DNA of 43,269 bases from a virus (lineage: Duplodnaviria > Caudoviricetes), in the IMG/VR virus record IMGVR_UViG_3300037742_000058, positions 1 through 43,269 of that record. One strand, given 5' to 3'. How positions within the stretch are numbered: the stretch's first letter is position 1; each line of letters starts with the position of its first letter. The notes beneath the pieces are model-generated. The model saw only the letters and a list, made by a program, of their open reading frames with translations, did no database searches and was not told the DNA's origin. The position numbers and the translations under genes were made by a program. Positions 8,914 through 17,109 of the stretch are shown here, piece after piece.

Positions 8914-9330
8914 ATGACGTCCACTACCCCCGCACAGATCCTCGCCAGCGCCGAACTGGAACTTGCCCGCACCGTAACGACCGAAGCCACGTGGTACTTC
9001 GCGGCTGAGTTCTGGCAGACCAACGTCGATCTAGGCGCGTCGGCCCAGCCCATCGTGGACCGCATATTGCTACTCGAAGCCCGCATGCAGCGCGATCACG
9101 GGTGGACCCGCAAGTGCGGACCGGCCGGTCTGGTACCGCCGCAACAGTCGGGACGGGCGCTGAGAATACCGCCGAAGCCTCCGTTCACCGTAGTTACGGT
9201 GCGCGGCGGGACGAAGCGTTACGCCTCGTGGCGCTCGGCCATCGCTGCTGCCAAGTGGGGTAGCACCCACGTGACGGACGCTGACGGCGTGGTGATCTGG
9301 TCCCCGAAGTCACAAGGAGCAGGCAAGTGA
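8914..9330 (+). CDS. Early hypothetical protein
   Basis: Directly follows promoter copy B. Confidence 0.75.
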   Translation: MTSTTPAQILASAELELARTVTTEATWYFAAEFWQTNVDLGASAQPIVDRILLLEARMQRDHGWTRKCGPAGLVPPQQSGRALRIPPKPPFTVVTVRGGTKRYASWRSAIAAAKWGSTHVTDADGVVIWSPKSQGAGK

Positions 9331-9455
9331 AAACCGTAGTACAGCGATACCATTGGTTCTGGTGGCACGTTTGGCGGCTCAACGGGCGGGTTGCACGCTT
9401 GACGGGCTGGCGCGTCCACCGACGGCTGGACGAGTGGATCTACGCGCGTCGGTAA
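9327..9455 (+). CDS. Small Trp/Arg-rich protein (42 aa)
   Basis: AGGAG RBS, GTGA overlap; MKTVVQRYHWFWWHVWRLNGRVARLTGWRVHRRLDEWIYARR; ends exactly at copy C. Confidence 0.6.
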   Translation: MKTVVQRYHWFWWHVWRLNGRVARLTGWRVHRRLDEWIYARR

Positions 9456-9540
9456 ACCGTGACGCAGCGCACTTGACGGTGTGATTAGATTTAGATAGAT
9501 TAGCACCCGTCGACCACACTTACCGAATCGGAGCCGAAGC
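9456..9540 (+). promoter_or_regulatory. Repeated early promoter/leader unit, copy C
   Basis: CGTGACG, TTGACG-N17-TAGATT, GGAG RBS; 9456-9520 identical to 10070-10134. Confidence 0.88.
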
Positions 9541-9741
9541 ATGGAAACGCTTACCACCATTCAAGACGCCGCGATTGACTATCTGAACAGTCGCAGCCGG
9601 CCGAACGACCGCCGGTGCCACCGTCTGGCTTTCAGAATGGTCAAGGAGTGGTGCGCGGCCCGCGGCTGGAACGAACAGGACGCGCTGCAAGCCGCGCGGG
9701 ACATGTGGGACGTCTACCAGCTCCAGAGGGCGGCGGAGTGA
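9541..9741 (+). CDS. Small early hypothetical protein
   Basis: Directly follows promoter copy C. Confidence 0.75.
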   Translation: METLTTIQDAAIDYLNSRSRPNDRRCHRLAFRMVKEWCAARGWNEQDALQAARDMWDVYQLQRAAE

Positions 9742-10076
9742 GCCGCGCGCCCCGACGCGCAGTGCTGAGCTCGCGAAAGAGCGACCGCGGTACGGCGGTG
9801 TTAACGCTGGCTTGCGGGCATTCCAAGCGAGTTGAAGAATTCACCCCATCGGAGCGCGCCCGCACATCGCTGTGTTACTGCTGCAAGTATGGCGATCGAT
9901 GCCCATGCATAGAGTGCTGCAGCAACAGATGCAGGCGGCTGATTGCCGCCCTGCCGGCGAATAGTTGCGCACAGTGGGTTGGAGATATGGGGGAGCCGTG
10001 CAAGCTACAGGAAACCCACGAAGGCCCGTGCCAGTACGAGCCTTACCCACGGTGGAGCCCGCTGCTCGGACCGTGA
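9738..10076 (+). CDS. Cys-rich hypothetical protein
   Basis: GTGA overlap; LACGH...CYCC...CPCIECC...C..H.GPC; stop codon lies within copy D. Confidence 0.6.
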   Translation: MSRAPRRAVLSSRKSDRGTAVLTLACGHSKRVEEFTPSERARTSLCYCCKYGDRCPCIECCSNRCRRLIAALPANSCAQWVGDMGEPCKLQETHEGPCQYEPYPRWSPLLGP

Positions 10077-10154
10077 CGCAGCGCACTTGACGGTGTGATT
10101 AGATTTAGATAGATTAGCACCCGTCGACCACACTCACCGAACCGGAGCCGAACC
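10070..10154 (+). promoter_or_regulatory. Repeated early promoter/leader unit, copy D
   Basis: CGTGACG, TTGACG-N17-TAGATT, AACCGGAG RBS. Confidence 0.88.
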
Positions 10155-10439
10155 ATGAACGACTGCACCGACTATTGCGTCAAAGACGCTAGCAACGGCC
10201 CCGGCGACTACGTGGCTCGATTCGTCCGCGCCAAGCCGGCGAGGACGCTCAGCGCAGCGCAGTCTGCCGCTGTGCGCAAGTACGCGGGTCTGCAGTTGAA
10301 ATACGTGTCAAAGGTACTGGTGTATGACGACGCCTTTCGGTACGCGCCCAAGGCTGAGTTGTCCGCGTTGTTCTCGGCGATCAAAGGCCGTCACCTGCGG
10401 GTGTTGCGTAACGAGACTGGCTACATCCTGACCGTTTGA
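10155..10439 (+). CDS. Small early hypothetical protein
   Basis: Directly follows promoter copy D. Confidence 0.75.
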   Translation: MNDCTDYCVKDASNGPGDYVARFVRAKPARTLSAAQSAAVRKYAGLQLKYVSKVLVYDDAFRYAPKAELSALFSAIKGRHLRVLRNETGYILTV

Positions 10440-10476
10440 CGCACCGCAGCATGCACCGGTACACTCCGGTGCATGC
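10436..10476 (+). promoter_or_regulatory. Predicted terS promoter TTGACG-N18-TACACT with the -10 in the loop of an 11-bp inverted repeat
   Basis: gcatgcaccgg-TACACT-ccggtgcatgc at 10449-10476; the ATG (10473) is in the right arm; no RBS. Confidence 0.55.
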
Positions 10477-11243
10477 AGAAGCCCCCCGCCCGATTTGCCC
10501 ACCTGCTCGGCACGCCCAGTGAGGTAGCCGAGCTCAGCAGGCAGCCCCTCACCATCGAGGAGGAACTGTTCGCGCTGCGCGTCGTTGAGCTGCGGAACGC
10601 AGCCGCGGCGTACCGCGCCGTGTACGACTGCGCCCGCCTCGCATCCTACAACGTCCACGACCGCGCACGGGTGCTGATGGGCCGAGCCGATGTCGCCGCC
10701 CGGATCAGCGAGCATCGCGCCGTCATCGAGGCGCAGTGCGTCGCAAAGGTCATCGACATCCTGCGCGACCTGGACGACATCGCCACCGCCGACCCCAACG
10801 AGCTCGTAGCGGTACGCAGGTACAACTGCCGCCACTGTCACGGCGAGCAGCACGCGTACCGCTGGCGCGATGAGGCCGAGATGGCCGCAGCGTACGCAGC
10901 CGACCCTGAGGCGAGTGCCACGCTACCCGACTGTGCCGGCGGATTCGGCTGGCGCCGGACCGACCCACCAGTGACCGAGTGCCCGAAGTGCGAAGGGCTC
11001 GGCGTGGAGTGCGTCGAGCTGCAGGACACCACGCAACTCAGCCCCAAGGCCGCCAAGCTTTACGCTGGCGCGAAGCAAACCAAAGACGGCATCGAGGTGA
11101 AGATGCACGACCAGATGGCTGCGCGCGTCACGATCCTCAAGGTGCTCGGTGCGATGGGTGACGGCGGGCGGGAGAAGGGCGGGCGCGAGGTGTCGGACGT
11201 CGAAGCGGTATTGCGTCGGCTGGCCGATGGGCTGCCGTCATGA
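10473..11243 (+). CDS. terS: Terminase small subunit with Cys-rich insertion
   Basis: LT..EE.FA...V...NAAAAYRAVY helix-turn-helix, IATADPNELV, CRHC...CPKC, LYAGAKQTKDGIEVKMHDQ; lies upstream of TerL. Confidence 0.8.
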   Translation: MQKPPARFAHLLGTPSEVAELSRQPLTIEEELFALRVVELRNAAAAYRAVYDCARLASYNVHDRARVLMGRADVAARISEHRAVIEAQCVAKVIDILRDLDDIATADPNELVAVRRYNCRHCHGEQHAYRWRDEAEMAAAYAADPEASATLPDCAGGFGWRRTDPPVTECPKCEGLGVECVELQDTTQLSPKAAKLYAGAKQTKDGIEVKMHDQMAARVTILKVLGAMGDGGREKGGREVSDVEAVLRRLADGLPS

Positions 11244-11620
11244 GCAAGCGGGCAACGTGGTGTGACCGTCGGCTGGTGATATCACCGGTGTACTTCGGCA
11301 TCTGCACGAGCGAGAGGCAATTCGCCGGTGAATGCCGCAAACTGGGCATTAAACAGCCGCCTGAGTGGATCAGCGCAACTTCGGATGCGTGCTGCCACAT
11401 ACTCGCGAACTCGAAGGGTGAAACCGCTTGCATCGTGGCTGCCCCGCCGCGACAGCGCGGTCAGTCCCGTGCGGCGTATGCCGCGCTGATCGTGCATGAG
11501 GCGTTACATGTCTGGCAGCAGGTCCGCGCAGCCATCGGCGAGGACAAGCCGTCCAGTGAGTTCGAGGCGTACAGCCTGCAAGCAATCTGCCAAGAGCTGT
11601 TCGAAGCGGTCGGGTTGTGA
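11240..11620 (+). CDS. Hypothetical protein with HExxH motif (possible zincin fold)
   Basis: IVHEALHVWQ...SEFEAY; coupled between terS and terL. Confidence 0.7.
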   Translation: MSKRATWCDRRLVISPVYFGICTSERQFAGECRKLGIKQPPEWISATSDACCHILANSKGETACIVAAPPRQRGQSRAAYAALIVHEALHVWQQVRAAIGEDKPSSEFEAYSLQAICQELFEAVGL

Positions 11621-12972
11621 TCGTCGACACGACCAGCATGCTCGAGCGGCGCTGCCGTGAGCGCTGGTACCCGCTGCGGGACCACGCGGTGCAGCTGGCC
11701 TACGTGCACGACCCGGTACGATTCAAGCTCGCACCGTGCGGCCGGCGCAGCGGCAAGACCGAGCGGGCCAAGCGCAAGTTGGTCAAGGCCGCGTGGCGCA
11801 CGCCGGGCAAGCCCTTCTTCGCCGGTGCGCCGACGTACGGGCAAGCCAAGAAGATCTGGTGGGAGGACTTGAAGCTGCTGAGCTTCGCGCCGCTGATGGG
11901 GCCGCGCAGCGTGTCCGAAGGCGAGCTGATCATCCGCTTCCCCAACCAAGCGAGTATCCACGTTCTGGGATTGGATCAGCCGGCGCGCGTCGAGGGCATC
12001 CCCTGGGGCGGCGGCGTGGTCGATGAGATCGCGGACTGCCATGCGGATGCCGTACCGATGCATATCCTGCCGTCGCTCAGCACCGTGGACCCGCGCGACC
12101 CCGAGTACCGCGCATGGTTAGATTTGATCGGTGTGCCCGAGGGCTTGAACCACTACTACAAGTTGTGCGAGCAGGCACGCACCGGTCAGTGGCCGGACGC
12201 ACGCGTGTATCACTGGATCAGTGCCGACATCCTGCCGGCCGATGAGATCGAGGCGCGCCGCGGTACCATGTCGCTGCAGCAGTTCCGGCAGGAGTACGAA
12301 GCGTCATTTGAGGGCGCGACGGGCCGCATCTATGCCGACTATGGCGACAAGAACACTACTGCCGAGCGCATTCAACCGAACGAGGCACTCGCTTGGATGC
12401 ACGACTTCAACTACACGCCGTTGAGTTCCGCTATTGCAGTGGAACGCGCCGGTAAGCTCTACGCGCTCGACGAGATCGTGTTGACCAGCGCCGTTGCCCA
12501 CAACACTGCGGTGGAGTTCTGTGAGCGCTATAAAACGCACGGTAACCGAGTTATCAGACTCTACGGCGACCCGGCGGGCCGCGCGGGCGAAAAGCACGCG
12601 CAGCAGTCCAACTACACCGCGATCGAGTCGTACCTGCGGTCGCAAGGTTGGACGGTCGACCGCCGGGTGAAGCTTGCCGCGCCCGCCATCCGAGACCGGC
12701 AGAACGCGGTGCGCGCCAAGATCTGCAACGCGCGTGGCGAGCGGACCCTGTTCGTCAACCCGAGGACGTGCCCCACGCTCCATGACGGTCTGAGCACCGT
12801 GCAGCTGAAAGAAGGCAGCGCGTTCCAAGAAGACGATTCGAATTCTGCGCAGCACATCACAACCGCGCTGGGCTATTGGATCGACCGGGAATGGCCGGTA
12901 CTGATAGACTCGGCAGCACCAAAGCGCATCGTTACACCCGTGCCGAGCGCGTCCCCGTGGAGAAGACCTTGA
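11617..12972 (+). CDS. terL: Terminase large subunit
   Basis: GRRSGKT Walker A, APTYGQAK, GVVDE Walker B, IGVPEG coupling motif, FRQEYEASF, HDFN and YGDPAG in the nuclease domain. Confidence 0.92.
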   Translation: MIVDTTSMLERRCRERWYPLRDHAVQLAYVHDPVRFKLAPCGRRSGKTERAKRKLVKAAWRTPGKPFFAGAPTYGQAKKIWWEDLKLLSFAPLMGPRSVSEGELIIRFPNQASIHVLGLDQPARVEGIPWGGGVVDEIADCHADAVPMHILPSLSTVDPRDPEYRAWLDLIGVPEGLNHYYKLCEQARTGQWPDARVYHWISADILPADEIEARRGTMSLQQFRQEYEASFEGATGRIYADYGDKNTTAERIQPNEALAWMHDFNYTPLSSAIAVERAGKLYALDEIVLTSAVAHNTAVEFCERYKTHGNRVIRLYGDPAGRAGEKHAQQSNYTAIESYLRSQGWTVDRRVKLAAPAIRDRQNAVRAKICNARGERTLFVNPRTCPTLHDGLSTVQLKEGSAFQEDDSNSAQHITTALGYWIDREWPVLIDSAAPKRIVTPVPSASPWRRP

Positions 12973-13223
12973 GCTACCAAACCCGACTGTGCGTGCTGCG
13001 TATCGCGATCGTGACGGCGCTGGTCGTGCTCGTGACGCACGCGCTCACCGGCTGCGCCCCATGGAACGACACGCGTACGCCACGCGAGAAGGAAGAGCAG
13101 CGACGCGCAGCGCAGGGCCGCATGGTCGAGTGGTGCGACGTGCGCGGCAGGCACAAGTCGTGTCGCTGGGTACCGGAGAGTGAGGTGCGCCGGGCCATCG
13201 AGACGATGCAGAGGGGCTGGTGA
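12969..13223 (+). CDS. Predicted lipoprotein
   Basis: TTG start overlapping the terL stop; hydrophobic signal ending in the lipobox LTGC. Confidence 0.6.
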   Translation: MSYQTRLCVLRIAIVTALVVLVTHALTGCAPWNDTRTPREKEEQRRAAQGRMVEWCDVRGRHKSCRWVPESEVRRAIETMQRGW

Positions 13224-13618
13224 GTCCAATCCGCATCCGTCGGGAAGATGACCTCGAGTGGCTGCGCGAGGTTTACGTTATGGCCTTGCCGGCTTCGTCT
13301 TGGGCGCACGAGGACGATACGTTCTGGCTGGCCACGCGTGGCCCGGACTTGCTGGCGTTTGCGTCGGCACGTCTCCGCGGGGACACGCTTGAGCTGACGA
13401 GCTGCGGCGTGGTGTCGAGTGCGGCCGGTACCGGTATGCAACGGCGGATGCTCCGAGTACGCGAGCGGTTCGCGCGGGCCGCGGGCTGCAAATCGGTCTG
13501 CACGTACACTGCGTCCGATAACTACCCGTCAATCACGAATCTGATTCGTGCCGGCTATCGGTTCAGCCGGCACCAGTCGCATAGCCCGATTTACTTCAAT
13601 TTTGTCAAGTACTTGTAG
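13220..13618 (+). CDS. GNAT-family acetyltransferase
   Basis: GVVSSAAGTGMQRRML acetyl-CoA loop and TYTASDNYPSITNLIRAGY motif B. Confidence 0.75.
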   Translation: MSPIRIRREDDLEWLREVYVMALPASSWAHEDDTFWLATRGPDLLAFASARLRGDTLELTSCGVVSSAAGTGMQRRMLRVRERFARAAGCKSVCTYTASDNYPSITNLIRAGYRFSRHQSHSPIYFNFVKYL

Positions 13619-13790
13619 CGTACCGTCGCGGCAGGTTGCGCTGCGTTCCGATTGGCCGGGCGAGTACCGGGTTGGGCTCGAGTGCCCGTAGCGCGCGGCG
13701 CGCACGGTTGCGCAGGCGGTGACCGAGCGCGATCTGTTCCGCGTCCCGGAAGTCCACCATCGGGGCGGCATAGTTGCGCACGGTGTTCAT
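13605..13790 (-). CDS. Small hypothetical protein
   Basis: MNTVRNYAAPMVDFRDAEQ...; ATGA-coupled to the 29-aa ORF upstream. Confidence 0.45.
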   Translation of the reverse strand: MNTVRNYAAPMVDFRDAEQIALGHRLRNRARRALRALEPNPVLARPIGTQRNLPRRYATST

Positions 13791-13876
13791 GGCAGGTACC
13801 ACGAGCGACGTGCATCTCGGCGCATACGGCGGTGGCGCAGCCACTCGCGGAAGTCAAGCCACAGTTCGGTAAACAT
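13787..13876 (-). CDS. 29-aa hypothetical protein with early-type leader
   Basis: MFTELWLDFREWLRHRRMRRDARRSWYLP, preceded by ccaaccggagccgaaccg, which matches the leader of promoter copy D. Confidence 0.5.
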   Translation of the reverse strand: MFTELWLDFREWLRHRRMRRDARRSWYLP

Positions 13877-13984
13877 CGGTTCGGCTCCGGTTGGTCGGCG
13901 GATACCCGCCTGCAGTCCCGGCCGGGGTCCTATTAAGTCCTTCTAGCCGGCGCGAAGCTCGGCGGTTGCTGCGGACTGAGCGCG

Positions 13985-14064
13985 ATCCTACCGCCCGTCG
14001 CGTTGCAGCAGCAAGTACCGCGTCACAGATTCCTATTGTGCGCTGCGTCACATTCCGATATGAT
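13985..14064. promoter_or_regulatory. Divergent control region: leftward TGTGACG (14027)...TAGGAT (13990) and rightward portal promoter TTGTGC-N17-TATGAT overlapped by TGTGCGCTGCGTCACA
   Basis: Hexamers at 14036-14041 and 14059-14064; 16-bp CRP-like site at 14037-14052. Confidence 0.6.
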
Positions 14065-14074
14065 GCGCTGCACA

Positions 14075-16162
14075 ATGATCCCGCAGACCAAACGACTGCG
14101 AAAAGTCCACGAACGTGCGCGCACCGAATTCGAGTGCGCGGAGAGCGCTGTACGCGATGAGCGTGAGCAATGCCTCGAGGATCGTCGTTTCTATTCGATC
14201 GCTGGCGCGCAGTGGGACGGCCCGTTCGCCGAGGCGTTCACGAACAAGCCGAAGCTTGAAGTCAACAAGGTCCATCTGTCCGTCATTCGCGTCATAAACG
14301 AATGGCGAAACAATCGGTTGGACGTCACGTTCACCACGAAGGATGGGAGCGACGCTGGCCAGCTGGCCGACTCGTGCGCCGAACTGTACCGAGCCGATGA
14401 GCAAGACAGCGGTGCCGAGGAAGCCTACGACAACGGCTACGAGGAGGCGGTTGGCGGCGGCATCGGCGCGTGGCGCTACCGTGCGTGTTATGAGGACGAA
14501 GGCGACGATGAGAACGAGCACCAACGCATCCGCATGGAGCCGATCCACGACGCGGATACCTGCGTGTTCTTCGACGCTAATTGCAAGCGACAGGACAAAG
14601 CAGACGCCCGGCGCTGCTGGGTTCTGACCAGTTACACGCACGAGGCGTACGAAGAGAAGTACGGCGGGAACCCGTCCACGTGGCCGAAGAGCATCTGGCA
14701 GGCCAACGGCAGCGCATTCGAGTGGGTCGGCGCCGAAATCGTATGGGTGGCCGAGTACTACGAAGTCGAGGAGCAACCTGACGTCATTGAGGTGTGGGTG
14801 GAGCGCGCCACGGGCACCGAGCAGCGACTACGCGCGTCGGATTTGGACCCTATCGAGCCGGGCGAGATCGGCTCACGTCGCGCGATGCGGCGCACTGGGT
14901 GGAAGCTCGAACGCACGAAGCGCATCACCCGCAAGCGTGTCCACAAGTACGTGCTGGATGGTAACGGCGTGCTCGAGGACTGCGGCTACATCGCCGGTAG
15001 CAATATCCCCGTCGTCGTCGTGTACGGCAAGCGCTGGGTTGTCGATAACGTCGAGCGCTGCATGGGTCACGTGCGTCTGGCGAAGGACGCGCAGCGCCTC
15101 AAGAACATGCAGTTGAGCAAGCTCGCCGAAATCTCCGGCAAGTCCACCGTGGAAAAGCCCATCCTCACGCCCGAGCAGGTCAACGGGCACGAAACGTATT
15201 GGGCACGCGATAACATCGAGGACTACCCGTATTTGTTGGTGAATCCGATCGTGGACGCCAACGGACAGGAAGTTGCCACCGGGCCTATCGGTTACACGAA
15301 GCCGCCCACGATTCCGCAAGCGCTGGCCGCGCTGTTGGAGATCACCGAAACGGATCTGCGCGACCTGTTGGGCAACCAAGAGGCGGGCGAGGAGATGCAG
15401 CCCGGCGCGAGCGGCAAGCTGATCGAATTGGTGCAAGCCAAGCTCGACATGCAGGCGTTCGTGTACGTGGATAACATGCGCAAGGCCGTGAAGCGCGGCG
15501 GCGAGATCTGGTTGGGTATGGCTCGCGAGCTCTACGTGGAAGAGGGTCGCAAAATGAAGGGCCTGAACCGCGAAGGCAAGCCATCGTCCGTCGAGCTCGT
15601 AAAGCCCAGCATAACCAAGGGCGGTAAGACGACGTACGACAATGACCTGACCAAAGCGACGTTCGACGTCCGCGTTGACGTGGGGCCAACCACGCAGTCG
15701 CGGAAGCAAAGCGTGGTGCGCGCGATGACCGCAGTGATGCAAGTTACCGACGACCCCGAGACGCGTTCGGTGCTCACGTCCATGATCATGATGAATCTCG
15801 AGGGCGAGGGCCTGCAGGACGTCCGCGACTACTTCCGCGGCAAGATGATCCGCCTTGGCGTGGCGAAGCCGACACCTGAAGAGCAGGAAGAGATCGCGCA
15901 GGAACAGGCGAACGTCAAGCCTGACGCCAATGATGAATATTTGAAGGCTGCCGCCGATCAAGCACGCGCCGATGCCGTGAAAAAAGCCACGGAAGCGGAG
16001 CTCAACGTGACCAAGCGCCAGCAGATTGAACAGGAAATCGACGTTTCCAAGGGTGAGCAAGCACTCGACGCATTGGAGCGCCTCGCGCCCGGCTCGAGCG
16101 GCACGTCCCCGCGGGAACAGCCGACCACGAATTCCGGGACCAGCCCCCGAGTCAATGGCTGA
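14075..16162 (+). CDS. Portal protein (P22 gp1-like)
   Basis: EDRRFYSIAGAQW, EVNKV, GG.GAWR, V.FD...KRQDKADA, IPVVVVYGKR, GHVRLAKDAQRLKN, DVGP; size and position fit. Confidence 0.9.
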   Translation: MIPQTKRLRKVHERARTEFECAESAVRDEREQCLEDRRFYSIAGAQWDGPFAEAFTNKPKLEVNKVHLSVIRVINEWRNNRLDVTFTTKDGSDAGQLADSCAELYRADEQDSGAEEAYDNGYEEAVGGGIGAWRYRACYEDEGDDENEHQRIRMEPIHDADTCVFFDANCKRQDKADARRCWVLTSYTHEAYEEKYGGNPSTWPKSIWQANGSAFEWVGAEIVWVAEYYEVEEQPDVIEVWVERATGTEQRLRASDLDPIEPGEIGSRRAMRRTGWKLERTKRITRKRVHKYVLDGNGVLEDCGYIAGSNIPVVVVYGKRWVVDNVERCMGHVRLAKDAQRLKNMQLSKLAEISGKSTVEKPILTPEQVNGHETYWARDNIEDYPYLLVNPIVDANGQEVATGPIGYTKPPTIPQALAALLEITETDLRDLLGNQEAGEEMQPGASGKLIELVQAKLDMQAFVYVDNMRKAVKRGGEIWLGMARELYVEEGRKMKGLNREGKPSSVELVKPSITKGGKTTYDNDLTKATFDVRVDVGPTTQSRKQSVVRAMTAVMQVTDDPETRSVLTSMIMMNLEGEGLQDVRDYFRGKMIRLGVAKPTPEEQEEIAQEQANVKPDANDEYLKAAADQARADAVKKATEAELNVTKRQQIEQEIDVSKGEQALDALERLAPGSSGTSPREQPTTNSGTSPRVNG

Positions 16163-16168
16163 GGGTGA

Positions 16169-17038
16169 GTGACTATGTTTGGCGAACGTGAGTTGGACGA
16201 AGAGTTGGAAGACGACCTGCCCGAAGGCGACGAATCTGCGGACGATGAGAGCGAGACGCTCGATGACGGCGAGACGCCGGAGGCCGCAGCAGATGATGCC
16301 GATGATGAGGGTGAGCTGGTCGTAACGATCGGGGACGAGAAGCCCGAAGAGGAAGAGGCTGAGGTAGCCAAGGCGCCGCAGTGGGTCAAGGATTTGCGCA
16401 AAGAGAACCGCGAGCTCAAGAAGCAGCTCAAAGCGGGCGGCGGTAACGTTGCCAGCACTGCGCGCAAACAACTTGGCCCCAAGCCGAAACTGGCCGACAG
16501 CGACTACGACGAAGCCAAGCACGAGGCGGCGTTGGACGAGTGGTACGAAGCGAAGCGCGATGCCGACAAGGCCGAGCGTGACGCAGCGGACGCCGCGACC
16601 GCGCAGCAGCGTGAGTGGGACTCGCGGCTTGAGGCGCACACCAAGGCCAAAGGCGCGTTGAAAGTCAGGGACTACGATACGGCCGAAGAGACCGTGTTCG
16701 AGGCCTTGGACCAGACGCAGCAAGGCATCCTCGTGGGCGGGGCGGATAACAGTGCGCTGGTTGTGTACGCGCTCGCCAAGAACCCGAAACAACTCAAAGC
16801 GCTGGCCGGGATCAAGGATCCGGTCAAGTACGCGTTCGCCATTGCGAAATTGGAGACGAAATTGAAAACCACGAAGCGCCGACCCGCCACTGCCCCCGAG
16901 GGCACCGTGGCACGCAGCAACACCGGGGCCGCTCGCACGAGCAACGCCACGCTGGAGAAGCTGCGCGCGCAGGCCGAAAAGACCGGGGACTACACCCGTG
17001 TCAATGAGTACCGGCGGAAGCTGCGGGCGGCGAAGTAA
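16169..17038 (+). CDS. Scaffolding protein
   Basis: Very acidic N-terminus, APQWVKDLRK, KPKL.D.DYD, coiled coil, basic C-terminal helix; lies between portal and coat. The start could be the ATG at 16175. Confidence 0.8.
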   Translation: MTMFGERELDEELEDDLPEGDESADDESETLDDGETPEAAADDADDEGELVVTIGDEKPEEEEAEVAKAPQWVKDLRKENRELKKQLKAGGGNVASTARKQLGPKPKLADSDYDEAKHEAALDEWYEAKRDADKAERDAADAATAQQREWDSRLEAHTKAKGALKVRDYDTAEETVFEALDQTQQGILVGGADNSALVVYALAKNPKQLKALAGIKDPVKYAFAIAKLETKLKTTKRRPATAPEGTVARSNTGAARTSNATLEKLRAQAEKTGDYTRVNEYRRKLRAAK

Positions 17039-17109
17039 CGCGTAGCCGTAGGCCTTGCAAGGGCGAGGCGCGGCGCGCACCACGCATACACTATTGAGGA
17101 ATCACGACG

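Noticed and set aside
8549-10154. Repeats as a CRISPR array or integron attC sites
   Set aside because: Spacing is 280-620 bp with whole genes between the repeats, the repeats are promoter-like and not palindromic, and no cas or integrase gene is present.
17055-17092. Sigma70 promoter upstream of the capsid gene
   Set aside because: TACACT is present but TTGCAA is 26 nt away; the spacing is wrong, so it was not called.
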